A DNA stretch of 63,992 nt, filler included, from Stramenopiles sp. TOSAG23-6 (taxonomy: Eukaryota), in assembly GCA_900128565.1 (NCBI GenBank). It is 5 parts of 5 records of this genome, joined end to end, with 100 filler letters (N's around TTAATTAATTAA, not from the genome) between each part and the next. Parts side by side here need not be neighbours in the genome. Positions count along the whole stretch, not along the records: positions 27,040 to 40,398 come from LT636168.1; positions 40,499 to 53,818 come from LT636169.1; 3 more parts are not named here. One strand, given 5' to 3'. The position numbers and the translations under genes were made by a program. Each line of letters starts with the position of its first letter. Position 1 is the stretch's first letter. The notes under the pieces are model-generated. The model made no database searches. It saw only the letters and a program-made list of their open reading frames with translations, and had not been told where the DNA came from. This document shows, one piece after another, positions 31,488 to 43,400 of the stretch.

Positions 31488-33293
31488 ATGTCCGATACTT
31501 CCGATAAATTTTCCTTTTCAGCTAATGCTGGTGTATTTACACCATCCCCAGATGCCCTTGCTGCTGCTGCTGCTTTTGCTGTTCCAAAACCTGAAGAAGT
31601 ATCAGTAGTACCTCCGGTACCACCTACCACAGACACTTCATCTGTTGAAGTACCTAAAGAACCTAAAGAACCTCAAGAAGTAGCTGAAGTAAAGGTCGTT
31701 ACTGAAGACGAACCTGAGCCTGAGCCAGAAGCTCTTCCAGAGACAAAGAAAACGCGTAATCTAGACACATATTTAGCCGCAAAGTCATTTGATGAACTTG
31801 ATATTCCTGAAGACATTCGACGTGGGATGCGGGAACGTAAAACAGCTGGTGGTCTTGAATTTGACAAACCTTCTTTGATCCAAGCTAAGGTATTACCTTT
31901 AGCTCTTTCTGGAAAAAATCTTATGGCACAAGCTAAAAATGGAGCGGGCAAAACTGCAGCATTTATGTTGACAATGTATGCTCAAATAGATCGCGAGAAT
32001 ACTGCAACACAATGTATCTGTGTTTGCCCTACTCGGGAGCTTGCCATTCAAACTCATGAAGTCGGTGAAAAGATGGGAAATTTTAGTGAACCAAAGATTA
32101 CTTCTTATCTTGCCGTTCCTTCTGATCAGCGACATAAGATTCCAAAACACATCACAGGACAAATTGTTGTTGGTACTATTGGTCGTGTCAATGAACTTTT
32201 AAAGAAGAAAGTAATTCGTTGTGCAAGTGTCAAAATTTTTGTTGTTGACGAAGCAGATGTGATATCGAGTGATCCTAAATTAAAAAATATAAGGAAAATG
32301 ATTGTAAAAGGTAATAAATCTGCCCCACTTCAAACTATGCTTTTCTCAGCTACATTTGCACAGGACAAAATCGACTTCTTTCGATCAATGCTTGGTGCTG
32401 AACATGCAGAGATAGATGTTGGAGAAATAGCTGATGACATGGAAAAACTGAAAATTGCAGGTATACAAGAATTTCATATTGATATGCCTGGTTCGACAGA
32501 AGATGCAATGTTCAAATGGTGTGAAGAAGCAATGGGTGTTTTTGACGTAGCAACGACTATAATTTTTTGTAGAACACGTAGCACTGTTCATGCACTAACA
32601 AAATATCTACGAGATAAGGGGTAGGTTTTCATTATGAATTTCTAATTTATTATTCATTTTTTTTTTTCATATAAAATTAAAAAATATTTTGTACCTAACA
32701 AAAAAAAAAATTCCGAAAAAAAATATTTTTCACTATATATGTATAATGTTGGGAAACTTACAGGAAGTGATATGGAAAAAGTAGAGCGGGATACCGTTGT
32801 GAGAGAATTTCGTGAGGGTGTTAGTAAGGTGCTCATTGCTACAAATGTAATTGCTCGAGGACTTGATGTGCAAAAGGTGCATTTGGTAGTAAATATGGAT
32901 ATTCCATTAGCAGGCTGGGAGACTAAACCTCGTATCCTTAGAGGTGATCATGATACGTATTTACATAGGATGTACGTTTTCAAAAAAATTAAATTTCGAA
33001 AATTTCGATTTTTTTATTGTACGAAAAAAAAAAAAAAAAAAAAAATTATCTAACAAAAAAAAATTTCAAAAAAACATATTTTTTCACAATACATTGGTCG
33101 TACAGGACGTTTTGGTAAAGCAGGTGTAGCATTGACATTGACACGTACTCCTGATGATGTAAAATATCTACGTGAAATTGAAACTGCTTTAAAGCGCAAA
33201 TTAACTCCTTTACCATTTACAACGGACATGGATGTTTTAGAAGAGTATATTGCCACTGCACAGAAAGCCACTGAAGAAATGTCTTTATTGTAA
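31488..33293 (+). CDS. DBP5: DEAD-box RNA helicase DBP5/DDX19; exons 31488-32620, 32741-32971, 33095-33293
   Basis: FDKPSLIQ, AQAKNGAGKTAAF, PTRELA, DEAD, SAT, ARGLD, YLHRIGRTGRFG after splicing. Confidence 0.9.
32621..32740 (+). other. Family intron, GT...AT
   Basis: gg|GTAGGTTTT...GTACCTAAC...TTTTCACTATATAT|g tat gives DKGYNVGKLTG. Confidence 0.82.
32972..33094 (+). other. Family intron, GT...AT
   Basis: at|GTACGTTTT...CTAAC...TTTTCACAATACAT|t ggt restores helicase motif VI HRIGRTGR. Confidence 0.88.
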
Positions 33294-33469
33294 AGAAAAC
33301 AAAAAAAACATTTTTTTAGGGTTGTAGGTGCGAAATTTTCTATGAAAAAAAAACGAAATTGAAAACTACTGAAGAAATATCGTGACAAAAAAGTCATTTG
33401 AAAAATTTTGTAATTTCATAATTTCAATGTATAAAAATAATAAATTAAATTTTCAGATTGTATTTTTTT

Positions 33470-35848
33470 TTATGTTTTTATTGACCAAGATGATGAGTGC
33501 CTCGATCTCACATTTCCTCCACCTCTATTGCCTCTATTTTCATCCTCTTTTCGTCGCTTACTTGCGTTATTAAATGCGATCACTCCACGTCGATGTTTAT
33601 GCAAACAGACCATTGAACAATATCTAAATGACATTCTTGAAAATTGAATAGATCCTTCTATAAAACGAAGTTGACACTGATCACAGTCCCACCAGTAGGT
33701 TCGTATAGTTTTTGGAGGTGACGGCAACCACCATGATAAAATCTTCAAGGGAGTTTTATATATAGTAAAAAATTACAAAAAAAAAAAGATTGTTAGGTAC
33801 AAAATTTCGTACTAAAAAAAATGAATTTCGAATTTATGATGAAAACATACATGAATCATATTTTCTATTATAGAATACTCCATACCTAAACGAAAGAGTC
33901 TCGGAATGAAACTATTTAGTATTCTTGTGTATCCAAAACTCCCATTTTTTACCAATTGAGTTTGAAATAATGTTGCTTGGCCTAATATTATTTTTTTAGA
34001 ATATGTAGATCTTTTGGATGACAGATATGCTACTGCCCGAGCGACTTCTTCTTCACTGGGTAGTGGCCATGGCTGACATATACTATAATTCATTCCTAAG
34101 TGTGTATTAGTAGGGTTAGGGTTATTAGTAGGGTTAGGGTTCTTACTATTCTTCTGATAAGAAGTATCATATGAAATGACTTCGCATCCATAGATATCAA
34201 TACAAATATTTACTCCTCGGTCTAATAATTCTTGAAGAGAGTCAATCATAGGTATACCAGCACTTGGCAAATTTAAAATTGATTTTTCTTTTTTTGTATC
34301 AAATTTTGTACCTAACGAATTTCGAATTTGTCGAGAAATCGGGGATAAAGTACACCATGATGATATTCCACTAATAATAACTCTTGACAAGTCAGTACCG
34401 ACATTTTCTAATACATTAATTGCGTCCTTAGCAATACGGATCGCATTCATCCACATCGGTACCACTATGAGTATAGAAGGGTTACCTGGTACATTATTTT
34501 GTGCAAATGCAGCCGCTTCAAGCAGAATTTGATTTTTCTGAAAAGCCTTGGAATTTGTAGGGCTAGGGTTAGGGTTATCACTATAATCACTCAATATGAC
34601 TTCCCCAATTATTCCAGCACAAGCTCTGGGATAACAAGCATACTGTAGGGATCTGTTATATTGGCCATCATATGGAATACAACAACTCCAATCTGGATCC
34701 AGTTCTTTATCTCTTTTCATACCAACTGTTAATTCCTCAATAAAATGATTTGCTATTTTTGAAGTTTCATTCTGAATTTCATTTTGTTTTTTTGTAGTCA
34801 ATTTTTTTTTGTCTTCTTCTTCTAGGACAACATCTGATGCCATATAACCGGTAATAATGTGTACAATATGTCAAGTATGAAACAAATTAAAACAAGAATC
34901 ATGTACAATATTTTAGTTTACTATTAACTGAGTAATATAGTAAGTACTTCCAACTACAAGATGAAAACTCTTAGGGTTAGGGTTAGGGTTCATTGTTTGG
35001 TCTTTTTTTACATTCTTTTCTTCTAAAGCATCACTATCTATCTCCATAATATTATTTTGTCTTTCCTGTTTTATATTCTTTTCTTTTGAAACATCATTAT
35101 CAATCACCATATTATTATTTCCTTTTCCATTATTGAGACAAAAATTAAAAGCCAAATGAAGTAAACACGAAATATTTCTTCCTCGTCCTGGCGGAGTAGT
35201 TTCCACCATTACACATCCACCTGATCGCTTATACTCTTCTATTTCCGTTTCAACCGCCATATATCCTACTATAGAATCTACACCAAGAGTAAGATTTTTC
35301 TGTAAAGAAAAAGGATTTGCATTGAGATATGCCAAATTGGACAGACATAATGACTGTGGTGAATTCCTAGGTTTCTCTAGTGATGAATTATTACTTTGAT
35401 CAAGAGTATGATATATATGCTCTCTACATACAACGTTCCCTAATAACGATGATGGTACTGGTCCAAGTATTGACATCACCTGTGGTTTGGCATTCTCTTG
35501 GTGCCAGTTTTCTACATCTTCTTGAAATTTCTTTTCAATGAAGCTCTTGATTGAAGCGTGCTGCAGCTTAATAAATTTTTGCCGACCAAGAATTCCACGT
35601 AATCGACGTTGGATACATGTCGCAGCTAACGTACGAGGATTTGCAGGTAAAACACTAGGAACAGGAATTATGTGCAATATCTCCTCTTGGTCACTGCAAC
35701 GAACACGTTTCGCTAAAGGTGGTTGAAGACCTCCTTCGGTAATTGCTTGAAGCCTCGCTATGGCTGCTGCTGCTGCAGAATTAGGATCATGTCCACTATT
35801 TAAGAAGTTTGTGTATAACTCGTGAAACTTTTTTCTGGAGGAACTCAT
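33470..35848 (-). CDS. Phosphotriesterase-related (PTER-like) protein with N-terminal IQ-like motif and C-terminal treble-clef; exons 35848-34948, 34851-33851, 33757-33470
   Basis: GNVVCREHI, GGCVMVETTPPGRGRN, CAGIIGEV, GTDLSRVIIS, GYTRILNSFIPRL. Tail CDQC..FRYCSMVCLHKHR. Confidence 0.75.
33758..33850 (-). other. Family intron, GT...AT
   Basis: cat|GTATGTTTT...GTACCTAAC...TTTTACTATATAT|aaa act ccc. Confidence 0.8.
34111..34990 (-). repeat. Three exonic telomere-like tracts (34111-34141, 34558-34577, 34971-34990) read as NPNP
   Basis: TTAGGG runs on + strand, encoding KNPNPTNNPNPT, DNPNPSP, MNPNPNPK. Confidence 0.8.
34852..34947 (-). other. Divergent intron, best reading GT...TA
   Basis: gga a|GTACTT...CACATTATTA|cc ggt tat gives HLVVGTGY, resembling the PTE IVAxTGFY motif. 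Other donors are possible. Confidence 0.5.
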
Positions 35849-36106
35849 ACAAACTCATACAAATACGAGTAAACTTCTAATACGTATATTATTAAACAAA
35901 CAAGGTACTACAGTTCGTAGGACGTGATGGAGAGAATGACCGCGATCTGAGATCATGAATATATTATTATAACGTATAAAAAAACACGAAATCTTGAAAC
36001 AAATAGAATCTCGATGGTCAGAAAGTCAGAGGATGAGCTTGCTCGTGTTGCGCTTTCCCATTAAATTTTAGACACGATATTTTTAATTTCGTCTACTTTA
36101 TCAACA

Positions 36107-36571
36107 ATGGTTGTAAAATGCGTGGCAGTAATGAGAGGTGATACCGTACAGGGTTCTCTTGTATTTGAGCAGGAAACCGAGGATGGCCCAACTACTATTA
36201 AAGGAGAGCTTCACGGACTATCAGAAGGTAAACATGGAATAGCCATCCACGTTTTTGGTGACCTCACCGACGGCGCACAAAATATTGGGGAACACTTCAA
36301 TCCTTTCTGTAAGAATCATGGTGCTCCAGAAGATGAAGAACGTCATGTAGGTAGTCTGGGAAACATTATTGCAAACGCAGAAGGTACAGCTAAAATTCAC
36401 ATTGAGGACAAACAGGTGAAGCTCATTGGTCCATACTCCATTATTGGCCGATCGGTAAGTGTCTGCGAGAAGGAAGACGACCATGGCAAAGGTGGGCATC
36501 CAAGTTCTCTCACGAATGGTAATGTTGGTGCTGTTGTTGCTGCTGGTGTCGTTGGAATTGGTTCTGCTTAA
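36107..36571 (+). CDS. Cu/Zn superoxide dismutase-like protein with atypical ligands
   Basis: HFNP, HGAPEDEERHVG, SIIGRS, DDHGKGG. Several catalytic residues are substituted. Confidence 0.85.
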   Translation: MVVKCVAVMRGDTVQGSLVFEQETEDGPTTIKGELHGLSEGKHGIAIHVFGDLTDGAQNIGEHFNPFCKNHGAPEDEERHVGSLGNIIANAEGTAKIHIEDKQVKLIGPYSIIGRSVSVCEKEDDHGKGGHPSSLTNGNVGAVVAAGVVGIGSA

Positions 36572-36802
36572 ATATAGGATGGGCCAGTTTATTTTTCGTA
36601 ATTCTGCCTAATATATGGAATTCGAGAGTAAGTCTACACTTTACAATAAATAGTAATACAAAAAATACAAAATTCATTTTCTCTTTTTTATTCGTATTAC
36701 ACAAAACAGATAAAATGCATACTATAAACAGTACTAGATAGTAAGTAAATGTTATTCTTCTTTGTTTTTGCTTTAGTCATATTTAAAACGGAGACACTTC
36801 AA

Positions 36803-39453
36803 CTATTGATACGCTGAAGAAACGGAAGGCCATTCATGTATTGTGAAAAAAAAGTACACAATTTTTGTTATTAGGTACAAAATTTCGTACGAAAAAAAAA
36901 ATAAATTCGAAATTAAAAAAAAATAATGAACACGTACATCTTCCTTCTGTTTTTGAGGTGGGTTCTGTTGGTTACTCTGTACCTGAGACCATTGTTGTTG
37001 TTGCTGTTGCTGCTGTTGTTGTTGTTGTTGTAACCATTGTTGTTGTTGTTGTTGTTGTTGCCAATTATCGGATATAAGTCCACTAGAATTATATAAACCA
37101 TCATTCCGCTGTGAAGGAGGTTTTATGTATCGATTTCCCATACCTACATTCGAATTCTGTACCCTGTAATTTACTTGTTGAGGCATAGAATCAGGACGAG
37201 GAGCAGGTGGTCGCATCATACTGAAATTAACACCTCTCGACTCTATATTTCTGTTGCCCATGTGCAAATTCATATTTCCAAGATGCAGACTATTCATTCC
37301 ACCACCAGATACTTTAGATGTAGAATATGCGCTGTTTGTATTATAAACTTGATTTGTATTATGACTTCCAGGAATTTGATTATGTCCTCTTTCGTGGTTG
37401 TATTGCTGATTATTAATTTGATTATGTCCTCTTTCGTGGTTGTATTGCTGATCATTTAAATTATGCTGATACTGAAGTTTACTTGATTGTAATTGATTCA
37501 TTACAACATCATTACCCGGTACCACATTCTCTGTATCGTTTACTTTAGGTTGAGCTACTCCATCGGGTTCAGGTGGTGGGCAAAGTAATCGTTCAAGAAG
37601 CTCAGTAACTGTAGTTGATTTTAGATCAACACTGTCTGATTCTACATTTGTAGATGAATAAGTATCACTAACAGGTACCACATTACCCATGGAATCACTG
37701 CGCATAACTTTATTTCCTTCTGAAGTATCTGGCTTCGATCCACAAATACAAAGAATATTGTATGCGCGTGCGAATTCTTTCAACACTTGTGGCCAAGAAC
37801 GTCTTGTTAAAACATGAGCAATATCATAACTATGTTCAAATGGATCTTCAATGCACAATCTACTATGAAGTGTCCATCCACATTTTCGACTCTTTAATTT
37901 AGTACTTACAGGACCTCTTTGCCTAACACTCACAACATTGCGCGAATAATTCATTCCCCAAGCATAAAACCAAAAGAAAGCTGCAAGTAAATTACCTATA
38001 TCATCAGTATTTCGTGCACAAAATGCTCGAAGATTAGCTAAACGTGAACTAGATCCTCCAGCAGCATCTGCACTTTCTTCTTTATCTTCTGGATCATAAA
38101 AGTATGTGTTTTTTTCTTTTCCATCAGGTCCAGCCACTAATACTTCAGGTAATGCTCCTTTCGTTTTTAACAGTTCGTCTTCTTCTTCACGAGTCATCGA
38201 ATGACCATTCCAAGTAGGTGGTAAAGAAGTAAGACGAGGGAGAACGGGTGGTTGTCTTTTTCGACCATCTTCATCAATATTCGAATTTGTTGCTGTAGGT
38301 GTTGAATTCGATGCAGTTGAGGAATTATTATTAGCACCAGGAAGAGTTAAACTACCATTACCATCTCGAGAATGCCACGCTAGCCAACGTCCACAAGGAT
38401 CTTCCTGTTGTAAGAAGTATACAAGCAACATCACAAAAGCGTATGAGGATAAAGTTCCATCTTTAGGACAATTAATTCTACGATTTTTTGACCATATTTT
38501 AATTATATACGCTAGTTGGCGGACACGTGGGTCTGCGGTAGAATACGCGCGTAATAATGCAGTATTACGCAGAGCGAGTTTGTTATTGACACAAATATCG
38601 CATTCTAAACCAGATTTTGGATCTAAAAACATAACTATTGGAATACGAGCTGTGCGTCTATCATGCACATTGATCATTCCATGCTTTTCCAAAAGTTGGA
38701 CTAGTGCTTCAATCAATTCTTCAGGCTTTAACTGTTCCATCCAACTTCTGCCTCTAGCCCAAGAAGGAGTTGGTAAAGTAAGACACATATCCATATCACT
38801 GCCTTCTGATCCAAATCCATATATTGTGAAAAAAAATTTAAAAAATTAAAATTGTTTAGGACAAAATTTCGTATTAAAAAAAATTAAATTTGAAATTGTA
38901 TTAAAAAAACGTACATTTACACTAGATCCAAAAAGAGATAATTCTGCACCTGGCCAATTTAATGCAGATATCATTCGATTCAATCTTTGTACTAGTTCAG
39001 CACGATTGTTATCAAACGATGCATCAGGCATCAACGATGGTAGTTTGGCTAAACACTGCTCACGTAAAGAATTGATTGTATTTGATGAGAGGCATGTGGA
39101 AATATGTACTTTGGAAAAATATTTCAAAAAAAAAAAACTAAGATTTGTTAGGTACAAAATTTCGTACGAAAAATAATTTCGAAATTAAAAAAAATAAAAC
39201 ATACATTATATAAACTAACATCAACACCTAAAAGCTTTTGACGCCAGACTAATAATTGTTTTCTCCTTTCAGGTGGTAAAACTTCCATCAATACACGATT
39301 TTCCCCGGCAGCACGAAGTAAGCCAAGTAAGTCCAACAAAATTGAATTTGCACGGCCTACATTTCGGCCTCCTCCATCTTCAATAGCTGAAGAGCCACGT
39401 GAAACAGCAGATAATAAATTTGACAAATCTCGAGATCTACCATTTTTTGACAT
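36803..39453 (-). CDS. Cid1/TUT-family terminal uridylyl/poly(A) nucleotidyltransferase; start uncertain; three introns
   Basis: LFGSSVN|GFGSEGSDMDMCL, ARIPIV, ECDICVNN, GTLSSYA, LCIEDPFE; polyQ tail. Confidence 0.85.
36836..36937 (-). other. Family intron, GT...AT (102 nt, stopless)
   Basis: gat|GTACGTG...TTTTCACAATACAT|gaa tgg. Confidence 0.75.
38819..38914 (-). other. Family intron, GT...AT
   Basis: aat|GTACGTTTT...TTTTCACAATATAT|gga ttt restores the NTase signature FGSSVNGFG..SDMD. Confidence 0.88.
39104..39204 (-). other. Family intron, GT...AT
   Basis: aat|GTATGTTTT...GTACCTAAC...TTCCAAAGTACAT|att. The AG 5 nt upstream is out of frame. Confidence 0.8.
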
Positions 39454-39749
39454 TCCTGTTTTAATATTTGAAAGAATGCACCTCCAGGGGAACGACGACG
39501 TTTTCCATCAGATGTTTTCATACCGCCACAGCTTTCTTTCAACTCAGTTTTATTGAGACAGGCTCGGGCCAATTCAACACCAAATTCTTCAATGACTGCT
39601 ATAACCATGCGCATATTTGGCTCCTTTAGTTTAGTACAAATTTCATTTGCCATAGCGAGTGCACTAGGTGACGCATTCGCGACTAATTCATCCTCATCGT
39701 CATCACCCACTTCAAATTCACCAAAACCATGTTGACTTTGGGCGTTCAA
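39357..39749 (-). CDS. PHAX RNA-binding-domain ORF (apparently partial)
   Basis: ICTKLKEPN..GGMKTSDGKRRRSPGGAFFQILK matches the PHAX RNA-binding motif. Confidence 0.7.
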   Translation of the reverse strand: MNAQSQHGFGEFEVGDDDEDELVANASPSALAMANEICTKLKEPNMRMVIAVIEEFGVELARACLNKTELKESCGGMKTSDGKRRRSPGGAFFQILKQECQKMVDLEICQIYYLLFHVALQLLKMEEAEM

Positions 39750-40398
39750 TCTGTAGACTGAAATACTTCATTTTTATTGCTCATACCAAACTGTTCTAAT
39801 GGATACGTATAAAAATGTACATTTGGTGTAAAAAGGAAAACCTCAGTGACAGAGGTTACTTTTCGAAGAACTGCTGTCGCCATTTTATATGCAGTAGCTT
39901 GAAGGGAAGGGCTAAAAATTCCTTTTTCTGGGGGACCTCCCCATTCGTCCAGCATTGTTTGCCAGATGGCATCATTAATGGTACGGAAGTGTCCCTCAGG
40001 AGCTTGATTTTGTGTAAAAGTCCATTGGGCTTCAAGTTCTGTACAGAAAATCCTATCTGGTGATTCGAGACCGCTACCGACTGGTTTGAGATTTGTATAT
40101 TCATCTTTGACAAACCCTTTGAATCCACTTTGTGTTGTTTTCATGAGTTTTACACCTCTAACACCTGAAGTCACCTTTATACTCTTATCTCGGTTGATAT
40201 CAAGTTTACATATCTTTCTAAAAGGGTCAGGGGTTGACATGAATGCGTGGTTGTGGGCACTGGTTGTGTTACTGCGACCAGTTTGTACTTGTATTGGATC
40301 CCACATTCTTTCTGATAATTCCAAGCGAACAGTGTTAAGATGATGATGCCGTGCGAGAAGATCACGTCCTAAAGCAAGGCCAAAATCTTCAATGGTAT
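39746..40398 (-). CDS. Urate oxidase (uricase), 5' cut by gap and apparently 3' truncated
   Basis: HNHAF, LMKTTQSGFKGFVKDEYTNL, DRIFCT, FSPSLQATAY, PNVHF. Confidence 0.88.
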
Positions 40399-40498
40399 NN
40401 NNNNNNNNNNNNNNNNNNNNNNNNNNNNNNNNNNNNNNNNNNTTAATTAATTAANNNNNNNNNNNNNNNNNNNNNNNNNNNNNNNNNNNNNNNNNNNN
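40399..40498. other. Artificial contig linker
   Basis: N + TTAATTAATTAA + N. Confidence 0.97.
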
Positions 40499-43400
40499 TT
40501 CATTGTTGTATGCTAAATCACATCCGTTTCCTACTATTGAACTACACGGCATACGTGGCGATACTTTTCCCTCCATTGCTTCTATTGAAATAATTTCGCC
40601 AACATTAATCCCTTTCAAGGTAAAACGAGAGATACCATTCAAGTCACCACCATCATATGGGCAGTCCCAGGTTGTTCTTAGCCAAATACACTCTACGTTA
40701 CCATTCGGACAAGGTTTGTTTTTCTTAGATATCAACACAATCTCTGCATTTCGTGGTGGTGATGGTGCTGCAGCTCCCATCTTAATTCTTGTGATTTTAC
40801 TAAATTGTGACCATCCAGCATAACCCAAAATGCGAACGCGACTACTTAAATCAACACCAGAGGGAATACGCTCTATATCTTGATTATTACCTTTGATCAC
40901 AGCAATATTATTGGTACTATCATTTATAGTTGAAAACCATGGTTGAAATATTTTTGAGCTGCTCCACATGACTTGAAATTCAAATTTTTGAATTCCATTG
41001 GCATTTTTTTGTTCAGGATGCATTAACATATACACAGGCGCCCCAATTATATATTCTGCATTTGCAGCTGGCGACACAGAAAAAGCTGGGTCTACAACCA
41101 CAAGGCGTCGCATATCTGCAACGATGTACCTTATTATTTTTCTTTGCTCAGAACCTATTGTGATATATGATTCTGTATAATAATTAGATGCCTCTGAAGC
41201 CATCGCAACAGCAAGATTCACAGTAGTTCGTGAATGTTGGGCATGTCCATTTACTAATGCAAGAGATCCTTTTGTAAAACGTAAATTAATATCTGCAACA
41301 TTTGTGACAGGTATAAACGTATTTGTTTTTTCACCATACAAATGTACCAATGGCACCGTCATATTTACTTCAGGGATAATATGAATTTTTGAAATTTTTG
41401 TACTCTCTGAAGATACCCCGACACCACTTACATATCCTAAGACCACGAATTTCCCTCCATCATGAATGACAACTGAATTGCCGTATGGAAAGTATATGGA
41501 GGCTTCCCCATCAATCTGCTCCGTTACAGTAATTGCTTGAAGCACACCTTTTGAAATTGTAACACTTTCTTTTATTGTAATATCAGTTCTGGCATATTTT
41601 GCAATTGTTGCAAGATACTGAATATTTGCCTTGGTTAATCTTTCGCCTCGAACAACCGACGATATAATTGGAGACGAAAATGTAATTGCTTGATTATTCT
41701 GGATTATATTTCCTGTAAGAGATGCAACAAATCCAAGAATACGTCCTGAAATTGTAAGAATTTGATCTCCGATGGAAAGTATATCATGAATATTCACATT
41801 TTCGTTCGTATTTGGATTGAAAACCTTTACAGAAATACGGGTAGTCCGCAACACAGTACTACCGCTCACTCGAGACTCAATGTATACATCAAGATTAGTA
41901 GTTTCATGAAAATATAAATATGTCCCAGCTTTAACCGTTGCTTTAGAATAATTTTTGTATTCACTTATTTTTGCATATTTCGATACTTCGCCTAAAACCG
42001 GGTAGATTTCTTCTATACAAAATCCAGATTCCGTGAAAGATGATGTATATGTCCAACTTACACTATCAACATTTGGTGGCTGTAGCACTACCAATTCATC
42101 GGCTTGGGCTATCACTTTGAGAGTAGACGTCAAAGTTGAAAAAGGGGATACTCCTTCCCAAGCTGGGACAGAAACGCTCGTAGAAGCCGCTGATATACTT
42201 GCAACACTCTCGCAAAGGTAACGTTCAGTGTTATAATCACAAAAAGGGCTTGTGTTTCTACAGACCTTTTCATGTTCAACTGTATCTCCTTCATTTGTGA
42301 TGTTGACTTCCTCACATTTATTTGTGCACGTCCCGTAGTCATAGTTCAAAGCAACTGTAAGTACCTCTATTAATGATCCGCTAATTGGTAAGGTTGCATC
42401 ACCCAAAGAGTCTATCTCTAAAATCCAGTAATCTCCTATCTTTGAGTATAATGATTTTATCGATCCAAAATACTTGCTGCTGCTATCAACAAGTAAATTT
42501 CCACTAAATGATAGTTGCCTGTGATCTATCATTTCACCTACACTGCTATTCAGTGCAATATAATTGTCACCATAAGAATACGATGCACAGTCATCACATT
42601 CTTGAACCGAAGAACACCCCTTTGGTGCTGAAGAATTCTTACAAAGCCCGACTACTTCAACTTGGGAAATTTTGGCTCCATATCGTATAGAAATCTTAGT
42701 ATCTTTAATAAATTCAAATTTGGAATCAGGTATAATCTCAATGCTGCCATTGCCACCAGTTTCTTCACTGATTTTAGATACCCAGCCAATTTTTACACCA
42801 GTTAATGTGGTTAACATTTTTCCTAGTGATAACCTTTTCAAGTCGTCTCCATCACTACTTACTGGTATTGAAAATGACACTGAACCAATTTCATATTCTT
42901 TTCCACCTGCAGAAAAAACACCACCGCGCTTTAAATTTATACCATTAGATGATATTCCCACATCATTAAAAAATATCCAAGTACTTCCACATACCACTTC
43001 GCCGGAGTCTAATGTAAGCATAGAGCCATCTGCTGCAATACACTCTGCGTTATCTGAAAAAATTGAAAAATCTGGTGTGAGGTTGTTAATTTCATAATCC
43101 GTACCACCAACTTTTATACTCTGTATATTATGCCATTGTGAAACATTTAAATTTCCAAGCTTTATTCTTCGTGAACCACTAATTGCTACATTGATTCGAT
43201 GAGGCTCAACTGTAATATTCCATTTAGCATTCTCCACCCATGTACCCCGAGATTCTGAATATAATTTGGCTCCTTGGTGTGCGGTATTTTCACAATCCTT
43301 CACAACTAATTTAAATTTACAATTACTTACACTTTCAGTATACTTCATGTCAATAATTTGACCAAGATATGCATCATTATTACACTTAGATTCTGATTCA

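Noticed and set aside
32970-33092. U12-type AT-AC intron reading
   Set aside because: It arises from junction sliding over the AT duplication. There is no RTATCCTT donor, and mismatched copies favour GT...NN.
36991-37061. (TTG/CTG)n microsatellite
   Set aside because: Ordinary polyQ tract of the TUTase.
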